From assembly GCA_041658075.1 (NCBI GenBank), contig JBBAAW010000001.1, forward strand, positions 24,778-88,777: DNA of 64,000 nucleotides, read 5' to 3'. The stretch comes from Patescibacteria group bacterium (GTDB taxonomy: Bacteria > Patescibacteriota > WWE3 > UBA101185 > UBA10185). The translations under genes were made by a program, and so were the position numbers. The notes under the pieces are model-generated. The model was not told the DNA's origin, searched no databases, and worked only from the letters and a program-made list of their open reading frames with translations. Of the stretch, positions 41,269 through 51,218 are shown in pieces (position 1 is the first letter of the stretch; each line of letters starts with the position of its first letter).

Positions 41269-42633
41269 CTACTTTCCGTTTCTCAAAATTGCCGTTGACA
41301 CTATATCTCCATCTTCGGTATAGCCGTTGGTGCGTTTGCCAACCGCAATATAAATAAAGCCCGCGCCTTCTACAGCTTTTTGATCAAGTAGGTTTCTAGC
41401 GTCAAACAATAGTACACCCTTCATAAGTTTTTTGGACTTGGCAAGATCGAGCGACTTAAACTCATTCCATTCTGTAAAGATGCACAAAGCATCTACACCT
41501 TCCAGAGCGTCGTACATGTCCTTGGAGTAATAAATACCATCATGACCTAAAACCTTTTTAGTGTTCTCCATGGCAGCAGGATCGTACACCCGTAGTTTAG
41601 CTCCGTGACCTCTAATCATGTGTATCATTTTAATAGCGCCCGATTCTCTAATGTCGTCCGTATCGCCCTTAAAGGCCAAGCCCAGTACCCCAAAAGTATA
41701 ACCCGATAAATTGTCGTCCATAGCTTTGGTGATTTTTTTCATGAAGTTGAATTTTTGGAGTTCGTTGACTTCCATAACGGAGCGCAGCAGTTTAAAGTCG
41801 TACGCCTGATCCGTGGAAGTTTTGTACAAAGCGGCTACATCTTTGGGGAAACAGCTTCCTCCATAACCCACACCTGTGGCGTTTAAAAAAGCCCGCCCAA
41901 TTCTTTTGTCCAAGCCCACACCTTCTGCTACCACCTGAACATTGGCGCCCGCTCGTTCGCAAAGCTGACCAATCTCGTTAATAAAAGAAATCTTAGTGGC
42001 AAGCAAAGCGTTGGAAGCGTATTTGATCATTTCCGCGCTTCGCAGGTCGCATTCCACTATAGGAGCATCAAAGTCTTTGTAGAGTTCCCTCATAACCTTT
42101 AACCCGCGTTCACTTTTTGCACCCACCACTATTCTATTAGTGTTTCTCATGTCCTCGATAGCCGTACCTTCGCGTAAAAATTCGGGATTGGAGACCACAT
42201 CAAATTCTGTACCCTTGGGCATATTTTCTTGCACGGCGTGCTCTATCCGCTCGTTTGTTCCAACCGGTACAGTGCTTTTTGTCACTATAACTTTATACCC
42301 GTTAAGATTCTGTCCTATTTCCTTTGCTACCGCCATAACGGCCGTAAGATCTGCAGCTCCCGTGTCACCTTGAGGAGTTCCCACGCAAATAAAAATAACA
42401 TTCGACTCTTTAACGCCTTCCGCAGTAGAGGTGGTAAATTTTAGTCGACCTTCTTTAACATTTTTTAAGACAATCTCATCAAGTCCGGGTTCATAAATAG
42501 GCATTACACCTTTTGTAATTTTGTCGATTTTCTCTTTATCTTTGTCTACACCGATCACTTGATTTCCAATATCAGAGAAAATCGCTGCCCCAACTAACCC
42601 AACATAACCTGTTCCAATAACACAAATTTTCAT
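41269..42633 (-). CDS. ugd: UDP-glucose 6-dehydrogenase
   Basis: MKICVIGTGYVGLV NAD site. GGSCFPKD catalytic Cys motif. 454 aa. Confidence 0.9.
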   Translation of the reverse strand: MKICVIGTGYVGLVGAAIFSDIGNQVIGVDKDKEKIDKITKGVMPIYEPGLDEIVLKNVKEGRLKFTTSTAEGVKESNVIFICVGTPQGDTGAADLTAVMAVAKEIGQNLNGYKVIVTKSTVPVGTNERIEHAVQENMPKGTEFDVVSNPEFLREGTAIEDMRNTNRIVVGAKSERGLKVMRELYKDFDAPIVECDLRSAEMIKYASNALLATKISFINEIGQLCERAGANVQVVAEGVGLDKRIGRAFLNATGVGYGGSCFPKDVAALYKTSTDQAYDFKLLRSVMEVNELQKFNFMKKITKAMDDNLSGYTFGVLGLAFKGDTDDIRESGAIKMIHMIRGHGAKLRVYDPAAMENTKKVLGHDGIYYSKDMYDALEGVDALCIFTEWNEFKSLDLAKSKKLMKGVLLFDARNLLDQKAVEGAGFIYIAVGKRTNGYTEDGDIVSTAILRNGK

Positions 42634-43409
42634 ATATATGCAACTTCGCGCTTTGGTAAAGCGTAAGCTCCCTTTAAGCCTAAAATTTTAATACGCAAAA
42701 CATCCCGTGCCATTTTATAAGAGTTAGCGAGGATGTTTAGACGGGTTGTTGGTACATAATTCCATTTTACAGGTATGTCTTTAATTTTATATCCCATTTG
42801 TCTGGCGCAGTATAAAACCTCCACATCAAAAGCACCAAAAAAAGGTCTGTCTATTTGAGGTAAATTGTCGCCGTATACTATCAGATGACTGAAGACTTTT
42901 CTGGCCACATCCCCTTTAAATAATTTAAATCCGCACTGTGTGTCTTGAAAGTCTAAGCCGATGACGGTTTTTACCAAAAGATTGAAAACTCTACCCATAA
43001 TATGTCTGTATAATGGTTCGTCCTGTCTTTCTGCCCCAATACCCTCACGGGAAGCTATGGCGATATCAAAGTCATTATCGTTTATCCATGTGGCAAGTCT
43101 CTTTAATTCTTCCAATGGGGTTGCCATATCGGCGTCCATCATTAAAACCATCTTGCCCGATGATTTTAACACGCCGGTTCTTATTCCTGCGGCCTTGCCT
43201 TTATGGACATTTTTTACGAGCTTTATTTCCGGGTGGTCTTTAGCGTATTCTTCAACAACCTCGGCAGTTTTATCTTTGGATCCGTCGTCCACCACAACAA
43301 TCTCAAACGCCGGTGCAAACTGATTCATAAAAGAAAGGGTTTGCGTTAATGTTTTAGTTATTCGCGATTCTTCGTTGTACGCGGAAATTACTATTGAATA
43401 GTCAATCAT
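42630..43409 (-). CDS. Glycosyltransferase family 2
   Basis: YSIVISAYNEESRI, VVDDGSKDKT, DADM. Confidence 0.75.
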   Translation of the reverse strand: MIDYSIVISAYNEESRITKTLTQTLSFMNQFAPAFEIVVVDDGSKDKTAEVVEEYAKDHPEIKLVKNVHKGKAAGIRTGVLKSSGKMVLMMDADMATPLEELKRLATWINDNDFDIAIASREGIGAERQDEPLYRHIMGRVFNLLVKTVIGLDFQDTQCGFKLFKGDVARKVFSHLIVYGDNLPQIDRPFFGAFDVEVLYCARQMGYKIKDIPVKWNYVPTTRLNILANSYKMARDVLRIKILGLKGAYALPKREVAYI

Positions 43410-43417
43410 TACGTTCC

Positions 43418-44542
43418 TTATTGCATCCTTTTTCGCCAGATAATTCTACTATATATCATATAATTCCACACCAACCCAAATGCTACGCCAATTAAAAATC
43501 CCGCGTTGGCCACTACTGCTTTGTCGCCCAAGGCTTTAACAAAAAGGTCAACCAGCTGACTCCTAAACAAGATTGGAATGATGGATAACACAGTGTAGAC
43601 AACAAAAGTACCTAAGATTTTCACCAACCCGTTAATTCTTCTTTCTCCAAACGACCAGATATTATTTAAAGTAAAAGTGACCATTATAGCAATAAGTCCG
43701 GAGATTACGGCAGAAAGGGAAGAGTCAAAAAGTGTTACTCTAAAAACATTAAAAAGGGTAGCGTCGGTTATAAAGCCTGCTACGCCTACACACAAAAATT
43801 TCACCAGGTTTTTGTTTTCATTAATTCTTATGGAAAGTACGACTTTAAGCGAGTCAAGCGCGTTATTACTTTGCATTTTGGAGTCGCCCCTGTCGCGCAA
43901 ACCAAACTCAATGGGAACCTCCGCAACTTTGGCGTTTAATTTATACATTTTGTAGAGAAGGTCAATTTTGTAGGCAAAGCCTTTGGACCGAACAGACTCC
44001 AAATCAAGTCGATCCAGATAATTTTTTACGCGTGACGCTTTAAAGCCGGAAGTAAAATCAGAAACGTTGTATATACCCAAAACTATTTTGGAAAAGATGT
44101 TGCCTCCCACACTCCAAAATTTTCTATTTAAACCCCATTCTTTGGGGATAGAACCACCCTTGGTAAAGCGGGATCCTATTACATAGTCGTAACCCTGCTC
44201 TATTTTTTCTACAAAGCGGGGAATATCGTTGGGATTGTGCTGAAAGTCGGCGTCCATTTCTATTACGACATCTGGGTACAGATTTTGCAGGGCGTATTTA
44301 AAGGCGTAAATATAAGCTCCGCCCAGTCCGGATTTTTCTTTTTCCATTAACAGATGGACATTGGGGTGTTTTTGCGACAATTCTTTTACCGCCTCACCAG
44401 TCCTGTCTGGTGAGTTTCCGTCGACCACTAAAATATGACACTCGTGGTGGGGTATTTTGACAAATGCCTCCAAGATAGCAGGTATGACTTTTTTGATATT
44501 TTCTACCTCGTTATAGGTTGGTATAACAACAATAATTTTCAT
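43418..44542 (-). CDS. GT2 polyprenyl-phosphate glycosyltransferase (Dpm1/Ppm1-like) fused to a C-terminal GtrA-like membrane domain
   Basis: IIVVIPTYNEVENI, VDGNSPDRT. C-terminal 4-TM GtrA-like region (KFLCVGVAGFITD). Confidence 0.75.
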   Translation of the reverse strand: MKIIVVIPTYNEVENIKKVIPAILEAFVKIPHHECHILVVDGNSPDRTGEAVKELSQKHPNVHLLMEKEKSGLGGAYIYAFKYALQNLYPDVVIEMDADFQHNPNDIPRFVEKIEQGYDYVIGSRFTKGGSIPKEWGLNRKFWSVGGNIFSKIVLGIYNVSDFTSGFKASRVKNYLDRLDLESVRSKGFAYKIDLLYKMYKLNAKVAEVPIEFGLRDRGDSKMQSNNALDSLKVVLSIRINENKNLVKFLCVGVAGFITDATLFNVFRVTLFDSSLSAVISGLIAIMVTFTLNNIWSFGERRINGLVKILGTFVVYTVLSIIPILFRSQLVDLFVKALGDKAVVANAGFLIGVAFGLVWNYMIYSRIIWRKRMQ

Positions 44543-44796
44543 ATCAATGATATACTGACAAAAAGCATGGCAAAGACAAAAAGCGAGAGTGAAATGTACT
44601 CAAACATCACATGCCTGTTGAGTCTTTGCTCTAAAAGCCCGTGAATTATACCCCAAGAGCTATAAAAAACACAGCCGAAAAAAGCGCTTACCATTTGATA
44701 AGTGGGATTTTGGTAAAAGTATAGGAAAAAGAAAAAGCTAGACAAAAGCCCAAAAGCCAAAATTAAATAATGATATAAATGCGAGCTTCTATCCAT
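44539..44796 (-). CDS. Small membrane protein (2 TM), hypothetical
   Basis: 85-aa hydrophobic ORF overlapping its neighbour by 4 nt. Confidence 0.35.
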   Translation of the reverse strand: MDRSSHLYHYLILAFGLLSSFFFFLYFYQNPTYQMVSAFFGCVFYSSWGIIHGLLEQRLNRHVMFEYISLSLFVFAMLFVSISLI

Positions 44797-45699
44797 CTAA
44801 ATTATCCTTCCGGGTCCCAAGGAAAAATAAACCGCACTAATAGCAAAAATTAAAAAGAGCATATGGGCAAAAGAATGACCTGTAAATTTTAAGATAGCAT
44901 GTTTTCTTGAGTACCACATATCTAAAGCAAATAAAATAAAAACGAGCGATGCGAAGCTCACTAAAAATGTTTTGGTAGTGGAATATACGTTGACCCCATG
45001 GGGCGATGGCTGCGGCGGCACTTGGATGGCGGGGGCAGTTTTTTCCGTAGGTGTAGTATTGACGGTTGGTGCTGTAGCAGGGCGTGTTACGGCGTTTTGG
45101 TCGGCACCCTTAACCGCCACTTGTGCGGGCGCGCCACGGGTTTTTCCAAACATCTGTATTACTAAAGTAGTTTCGTAGTCGTCCAAAACGCCATTGATTA
45201 CCGCAAACCCAACATCGGTGTATTTATCGCTAATTAAATTTTCCCTATGTGACGGCGATTTATACCACGCATCCACCACATCCTTTGATGCGCCAAAGTT
45301 CTTAGCCAAATTCTCTCCTGCGTACAAGTAGTCGTAATCTTGTCCCACAATAAAACTCCACGGATCTGTTCCATCCGGGGCAACATGCGCCCAATAATTA
45401 TGTTTAAACATATACTCGGCTTTTTTTTGGGCGGCAGTAGTAAGCTTGGAATTTATTGTTAACCCACTCACACCAGCAGTCGATCTTTTATTATTGGTGT
45501 ATTTTAATAAGTCGCTAATATTTATATTGCTGGCATAACTTAATACACCCGGCAAAACGGCGGGAATTTCCTTAAAGAAAGTGAAAAAAGTCAAAAGGGT
45601 TAACGAATACAACAAAACGGCTTTACTTTGCAGTAGCGTGGCTCTTTTCTTATGTATTGGATGCGGAAGTATGTGGTGCTTTAAGCGTTTAATATGCAT
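44797..45699 (-). CDS. CAP (SCP/PR-1-like) domain protein with N-terminal TM, Pro/Thr-rich linker and C-terminal TM
   Basis: HNYWAHV...GENLA...AWYKSPSHRENL CAP motifs. Confidence 0.6.
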   Translation of the reverse strand: MHIKRLKHHILPHPIHKKRATLLQSKAVLLYSLTLLTFFTFFKEIPAVLPGVLSYASNINISDLLKYTNNKRSTAGVSGLTINSKLTTAAQKKAEYMFKHNYWAHVAPDGTDPWSFIVGQDYDYLYAGENLAKNFGASKDVVDAWYKSPSHRENLISDKYTDVGFAVINGVLDDYETTLVIQMFGKTRGAPAQVAVKGADQNAVTRPATAPTVNTTPTEKTAPAIQVPPQPSPHGVNVYSTTKTFLVSFASLVFILFALDMWYSRKHAILKFTGHSFAHMLFLIFAISAVYFSLGPGRII

Positions 45700-45770
45700 T
45701 GATTTTTATTATACACTTGCTTGCAATATTTTTGACACTCCTCTGACAATATGGTAGTGTACTACTTGGA

Positions 45771-45795
45771 ACCCCCCAAGTCGGCGGGTTTTTTA
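45771..45795 (+). terminator. Hairpin + T6 in the greA leader (possible attenuator / leader sRNA terminator)
   Basis: ACCCCCCaagtcGGCGGGT stem followed by TTTTTT, located between the putative promoter and the greA SD. Confidence 0.3.
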
Positions 45796-45832
45796 GTCTG
45801 CAGGATGCAGACAACTGTCAAAAGGAGTCAAA

Positions 45833-46315
45833 ATGAACCGTTCTATCAAGGATGTTAATGTTAACATCATTCTAACCAAAGAAGGGCTTGCAGAGCTCAA
45901 AAAAGAGCTAAAAAATTTAATAGACGTTAAGCGACCGGAAGTGGTGCAAAAAATTTCCATTGCACGGGACATGGGCGACCTTTCTGAAAACGCAGCCTAC
46001 GTTTCTGCCAGAGACGAGCAAGCTTTTATAGAAGGTCGAATTGCTGAGCTGGAAGAGATTGTAAAAAACGCGGTGGTTTCTAGCGGCGCGCCTGTAAAAG
46101 GAGTGATTTCTGTGGGTTGCAAAATTAGAGTTCATGTAGACGGGGTGGAAGAAGAATTTTGTTTGGTTGGCGGACCGGAAGCTGACCCTAAAGAAAAAAA
46201 GATTTCTCACGAGTCACCACTTGGTAAGGCTTTAATGGGTAAAAAAGTTGGCGACAAGGTGGAGATAGAAGCTCCCATAGGCAAGCTCGTTTACACAATC
46301 CTTTCTGTAAGCTAA
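45833..46315 (+). CDS. greA: Transcription elongation factor GreA
   Basis: Coiled-coil N-terminal domain with DLSENAAY motif. 160 aa. SD AAAGGAG. Confidence 0.85.
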   Translation: MNRSIKDVNVNIILTKEGLAELKKELKNLIDVKRPEVVQKISIARDMGDLSENAAYVSARDEQAFIEGRIAELEEIVKNAVVSSGAPVKGVISVGCKIRVHVDGVEEEFCLVGGPEADPKEKKISHESPLGKALMGKKVGDKVEIEAPIGKLVYTILSVS

Positions 46316-46324
46316 AATCGGCAC

Positions 46325-47803
46325 ATGTCATCACTAAGAGAATTGCGTGAAGCCAAATTGGAAAAGTTGCGTGGGCTTATTGAGTTGGGTGTGGATCCCT
46401 ATCCCCCCTTTAATTTTCGTTTTCAAAAAATTGGGGAAGTTTGTACTGATTTTGACTCTCTTGTTGGAAGGAAAGTCTCTGTTGCAGGAAGAATTCGATC
46501 ATTAAGAGCTCACGGTAAGGTATCTTTTATTGACATCGAGGATTACTCGGGAAGAATCCAGCTTATCGTAAAATCTGACAATTTGATAAGCGCCGATTAC
46601 AAGAATAATTTACTCGGATACATAGACTTGGGTTTAATTGATGTTGGTGATTTTGTCTCTGTTTTGGGAAATGTTATAAAGAGTGTAAGCGGTGAGAAAT
46701 CCGTTGAAGTAACAGAACTAAGATTTTTAAGTAAATCCTTGCGTCCCATACCCAGTGATTGGGAAGGTTTAAAAGATGTAGAAGAAAGATATCGACTAAG
46801 ATATCTGGATTTTTTGGTAAACAGGGGTTCGCGTGAAGTGCTTGACAAGAGATGGACAATCGTTCAAGAGACTAGGACTTTTCTTTGGAAGGAGGGGTTT
46901 TTGGAGGTTGAAACACCGATACTTCAACCTCTTTACGGTGGAACTAACGCCAAACCTTTTGTTACCCACTTCAATTCTTTAGATAGTGATTTTTATTTAA
47001 GAGTTGCTCCGGAATTGTACTTAAAAAGACTTATTGTTGGCGGTTATGAAAAGATCTTTGAGATAGCCCGTAACTTTAGAAACGAAGGCATCGACCATAC
47101 CCATTTTCCCGAATTTACTATGCTTGAGTGGTATGAAGCTTATTCTGACTACAACAGGGTTATGGACTTGGCCGAGGCCCTGTTAAAGCATTTAGTCCAA
47201 AAGATTCACGGCTCTTTAAAACTTACTGTAAAAGGTGTGGAAGTAGATGTTTCTGGTAATTGGCCAAGGATTACCGTAGATCAAGCTTTAATGGATTATT
47301 TGGGTATAGACTGGATTAGTGCATCGGATGAAGAGGCTAAAGCTCTTCAGAAAAAATTCAATGTATCTGTGAGGGGAACTTGGAGTAAGGATAAAGCTCT
47401 TTTTGCAATTTATGATCATGATATTACCCCTAAACTCGTTAATCCAACGTGGGTGATTGATTACCCTTTGGGAGTAAGCCCACTTTCCCGAATTCACAGA
47501 TCAAAATCAACAAGGGCAGAAAGATTTGAAGGGTATATCGGCGGTGTAGAGATTTTTGATGGTTGGACGGAGATTGCCTCTGGTCCTGAGCAAAGAGCAC
47601 GTTTTGAAAAAGAGCAAAAAAACATGAAGGATGGCGACACCGAGGCTATGTTATTGGATGAAGATTTTATTGAAGCATTGGAGTATGGGTGTCCACCGCT
47701 TGGGGGAATTGGTTTTGGTATAGACAGAATGGTTATGTTCTTAACCGATACATGGGCTATTAAAGACGTATTAAGTTTTCCAACTTTAAGACCTAAAAAT
47801 TAG
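46325..47803 (+). CDS. lysS: Lysine--tRNA ligase (class II)
   Basis: OB-fold N-terminus. FRNEGIDHTHFPEFTMLEWY motif 2. 492 aa. Confidence 0.9.
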   Translation: MSSLRELREAKLEKLRGLIELGVDPYPPFNFRFQKIGEVCTDFDSLVGRKVSVAGRIRSLRAHGKVSFIDIEDYSGRIQLIVKSDNLISADYKNNLLGYIDLGLIDVGDFVSVLGNVIKSVSGEKSVEVTELRFLSKSLRPIPSDWEGLKDVEERYRLRYLDFLVNRGSREVLDKRWTIVQETRTFLWKEGFLEVETPILQPLYGGTNAKPFVTHFNSLDSDFYLRVAPELYLKRLIVGGYEKIFEIARNFRNEGIDHTHFPEFTMLEWYEAYSDYNRVMDLAEALLKHLVQKIHGSLKLTVKGVEVDVSGNWPRITVDQALMDYLGIDWISASDEEAKALQKKFNVSVRGTWSKDKALFAIYDHDITPKLVNPTWVIDYPLGVSPLSRIHRSKSTRAERFEGYIGGVEIFDGWTEIASGPEQRARFEKEQKNMKDGDTEAMLLDEDFIEALEYGCPPLGGIGFGIDRMVMFLTDTWAIKDVLSFPTLRPKN

Positions 47804-47816
47804 TAGAAAGGAAAAT

Positions 47817-48419
47817 ATGTTTACAAAACAAAACGCTTTAGATTTATTGCATGAGCATATGCAAAATGTGAATTTGCGTAGGCACTGCTACTCAGTGGGT
47901 AAGGTTTTAGCCGTATTTTATGACTACTTCAAGGAAAAAGGGATCCCGGCAAATTTTTCTGATATGGGAAATTTGAGTAGGGAAGAATGGGAAATTGTAG
48001 GTATACTACATGACGCAGATTGGGAAGTTACCGCTAAAGATGAGTTGAATCACACAAGAACTCTACTGAATTGGGTAAAAGACCGAGATTTGCCGGAAGA
48101 AGCGCTTAATGTTTTTAAGTCGCACAACAATAGGACAACTGGACTGCGAGAGCCCCAAACTTTACTAGAATGGACTTTGGAGTGTTTAGATGAGCTTACT
48201 GGCTTTATGGTGGCTGTGGCGCTAATGATGCCGTCCAAAAAGCTAGAAGAAGTTACAGTGGAAAGCGTAGTTAAAAAGTTTGCCAAAAAAGACTTTGCCA
48301 AGGCCGTAAACAGGGATCAGATAACGCAATGTGAACAGAAGTTAGGCATTCCTGTAAATGACTTTGTGACGATCACGCTAAAAACTATGCAGGACAACCA
48401 CGAGTTGTTGGGTCTATAA
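47817..48419 (+). CDS. HD-domain phosphohydrolase-like protein
   Basis: H...HD pattern (LRRHCYSV..., GILHDADWE). Confidence 0.5.
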   Translation: MFTKQNALDLLHEHMQNVNLRRHCYSVGKVLAVFYDYFKEKGIPANFSDMGNLSREEWEIVGILHDADWEVTAKDELNHTRTLLNWVKDRDLPEEALNVFKSHNNRTTGLREPQTLLEWTLECLDELTGFMVAVALMMPSKKLEEVTVESVVKKFAKKDFAKAVNRDQITQCEQKLGIPVNDFVTITLKTMQDNHELLGL

Positions 48420-48426
48420 TTAGGGT

Positions 48427-49767
48427 ATGTTAGACATTAAATTCATAAGGGAAAATTCAGAGAAAGTTAAAGAGAATATAAAGAATCGTGGATTGGCGGG
48501 CCCACAGTTTGAGGTGGACGACTTTTTAAGAGTCGACGAGAAGAAACGATACGTGATGACGGAAATCGAAGGGTTGCGTGCGTTGAGAAATAAGTTGTCG
48601 GATGCTACGGGCAAGCCCTCGCCGGAAGCCATTGAAGAAGTCAAAAAAACTAAAGAGCAAATAAAGGTTTTGGAGGTCGACTTGGAGGAACTTAATAAGA
48701 AATGGCAGTGGCACATAGATTGGTTTCCCAACATGCTCGATGAGAGTGTTCCTGCGGGAAAAGACGAAGATGGCAATGTGGAGGTAAAAGCGTGGTCGCC
48801 GGATCGGAGTTACTTTGCTAAAGATGAGCTGGGTAAAAAAGACTTTTCTAAAGAATGGATGCCAAAGTTAGCTTTTGAGGGTAAGGATCATTTAGATCTG
48901 GGCGAGTCGCTGGATATTATTGACAACAAACAAAGCGCTATTGTTTCCGGGAGTCGATTTGTATATTTAAAAAATGAAGCCTCACTTTTGCAGTATGCTC
49001 TTTTTGAGCACTTAAAGGCTAAGCTCCTCGCGGAGGGGTTTATTCCCATGGTAGTACCGCTGATGGTGCGCAAAGAAGCCCTTTTTGGAAGCTCCCATTT
49101 TCCGGGTGATGAAGAACAGGTTTATCGGGTCGACAAAAAAGGTTTGGAAGAACAAACGGATTTATATTTGGTAGGATCGTCAGAGCCATCGCTTTTTGCC
49201 TACTATATGGGGAAAACCGTACTGGAAAAAGACTTGCCCCAAAAGTTTTTTGCCGTTACTACATGTTTTAGAACGGAAGTTGGTTCTTGGGGTAAGGATG
49301 TGCGTGGTATTAAGCGCGTCCACCAGTTTGACAAGTTAGAGATGGACTTAATTTGTCACCCAAACGAGTCGGAAAAGATGCACGCGTATTTGTTATCCAT
49401 TAATGAATGGTTTTTGCAGTCGTTGGAGATTCCGTATCATGTTATCTTAAAATGCTCGGGTGATGCGGGTTACTTTGCCACTTCTAAACAATACGACTTT
49501 GAAGCTTGGCTGCCGTTTAGTAAAGAGTATATAGAGCTTGGAACTGATACTAACGCTAAGGACTATCAAGCCCGTAGATACAACACAAAGTTTAAGACCC
49601 GCCAGGGGGAAACCGACTTTGTTCATAATGTTAACGACACGGGCTGTGCGGTGGGTAGAACTCTAGTAGCAATACTGGAAAACTATCAGCAACAGGATGG
49701 AAGCGTAGTAGTGCCAAGAATCTTGCGTCCGTACCTAAATGGTCTTGAGATAATTAAGCCAAAATAG
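48427..49767 (+). CDS. serS: Serine--tRNA ligase
   Basis: N-terminal coiled-coil arm (MLDIKFIREN). Class II core motifs. 446 aa. Confidence 0.9.
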   Translation: MLDIKFIRENSEKVKENIKNRGLAGPQFEVDDFLRVDEKKRYVMTEIEGLRALRNKLSDATGKPSPEAIEEVKKTKEQIKVLEVDLEELNKKWQWHIDWFPNMLDESVPAGKDEDGNVEVKAWSPDRSYFAKDELGKKDFSKEWMPKLAFEGKDHLDLGESLDIIDNKQSAIVSGSRFVYLKNEASLLQYALFEHLKAKLLAEGFIPMVVPLMVRKEALFGSSHFPGDEEQVYRVDKKGLEEQTDLYLVGSSEPSLFAYYMGKTVLEKDLPQKFFAVTTCFRTEVGSWGKDVRGIKRVHQFDKLEMDLICHPNESEKMHAYLLSINEWFLQSLEIPYHVILKCSGDAGYFATSKQYDFEAWLPFSKEYIELGTDTNAKDYQARRYNTKFKTRQGETDFVHNVNDTGCAVGRTLVAILENYQQQDGSVVVPRILRPYLNGLEIIKPK

Positions 49768-49781
49768 TAATATAAGGACAA

Positions 49782-50471
49782 ATGACTATCTTTGACGGCA
49801 TTAAAATGCCAAAAACCGTATACGAGGTCGACTCAGAATTTAATGGAAAAATTAGTGTAGTAGAAATTGGTTCCACAAGAAGATTATATGTAGACGGGAT
49901 AATACAGTCAGTGAGTTGGGATTCTCCTAATGCCAGTAGACAGGTCTGGGGGCGGTTGGTGGAAAACCTACACGATCAAGCGCCCGATTTAAAGAAGGTT
50001 ATGGTTTTAGGTTTGGGTGGTGGTTCCATGCAGCATTTATTAACAAAAAAATTTCCGGGAGTTCATCTTACCAGCGTGGAAATTGACAAAGTTATGGTGG
50101 ACGTGGCTAAAAAGTATTTTACGTTGGATGAGATCCCAAATCACAGAATTATTGTGGCCGACGCTTTAAAGGTGATTTCCGTGCCGGAAGAGTATGGAAT
50201 TCCCCAACAAAGCTTTCAAGCAGTAATTGTAGATATTTATTGTGGTCAAAAGTACCCTGATTTAGGTACCAGCGGGAATTTTTTTGCCGGAGTTAAGAAT
50301 TTAGTGATACCAGGTGGTTTAGTGGTTTTTAACCGAGTATATTTAGAACATCATCAGGAGCAGGTTAATCAGTTTATTGACTCTTTAGAAGGCTTCTTTA
50401 GCAATGTAAAATCCGTGATTATTGCCGGTCGTACCAACTCAGACAACGTTATTGTCTTCTGCCGGGTTTGA
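49782..50471 (+). CDS. Spermidine-synthase-like (polyamine aminopropyltransferase family) protein
   Basis: VLGLGGGSMQHLL...SVEIDKVMVDVAKKYF resembles the SpeE fold. Confidence 0.5.
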   Translation: MTIFDGIKMPKTVYEVDSEFNGKISVVEIGSTRRLYVDGIIQSVSWDSPNASRQVWGRLVENLHDQAPDLKKVMVLGLGGGSMQHLLTKKFPGVHLTSVEIDKVMVDVAKKYFTLDEIPNHRIIVADALKVISVPEEYGIPQQSFQAVIVDIYCGQKYPDLGTSGNFFAGVKNLVIPGGLVVFNRVYLEHHQEQVNQFIDSLEGFFSNVKSVIIAGRTNSDNVIVFCRV

Positions 50472-50555
50472 CACTATAGGTCTTTTATTGTAAAATACAC
50501 CGTTGTTATAAAATTTCTCCCTGTCTAACTAATTAAATATGCAAAGGTTTTTGCT

Positions 50556-51218
50556 ATGCAAATAGATCTACAAACAAATGAACAATTAACAAACGTACTT
50601 CACAGTGCGGAGAATATTGCGATCATTCCAGCTAAAGGTGCGGGTGTTGATGCCTTCTGTGCCGGTGTTGCTGTGCATATCATGCTAAAGAGTTTAGACA
50701 AGAACTCAAAAATTTTGTATCCGGGAAGCATGCCGGAAAGCTGTAAAGATCTTTTTGTAAATATTCTTAAAGAGTCGGACATTATAACTACTTTTGCTCA
50801 AAGACAACTTACGGTTTCTATTGACTATTCAGGGGAGCACGACGCTAAAGCCTGGTATGAGCCGGAAGGGGAAACTTTAAAGGTAAAACTTGCGCCTGTG
50901 AGTAAAGATTTTGACCCCGCTTTAAAGGTTCGAGCCAAACTTGATACGGGTTTTGATTTTGATACCGCTATAATTTTAGGTGCTAATGAGCTTGAAGATT
51001 TAGGCTATGTTTATGCTGAAATTCAGCGCGACTTGGCCAAAGCCACCATTATAAATATTGCTAACTCCAGCAAGAATAATAGATTTGGGAGCATAAATGT
51101 GATTGATGCTACCTGTGATTCAGTAAGCCAGTTAATAATTAAAAGAGCTCCGCTTTGGGAGTTAAACATAACTACTCAGGCTGCTCAGGCTTTGCTTTTG
51201 GGGATTACACAGAAATAG
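50556..51218 (+). CDS. Hypothetical protein, possibly a degenerate or truncated DHH-family-like domain
   Basis: IAIIPAKGAGVDAFCAG and C-terminal LLLGITQK weakly resemble NrnA motifs, but the catalytic Asp/His residues are absent. Confidence 0.3.
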   Translation: MQIDLQTNEQLTNVLHSAENIAIIPAKGAGVDAFCAGVAVHIMLKSLDKNSKILYPGSMPESCKDLFVNILKESDIITTFAQRQLTVSIDYSGEHDAKAWYEPEGETLKVKLAPVSKDFDPALKVRAKLDTGFDFDTAIILGANELEDLGYVYAEIQRDLAKATIINIANSSKNNRFGSINVIDATCDSVSQLIIKRAPLWELNITTQAAQALLLGITQK

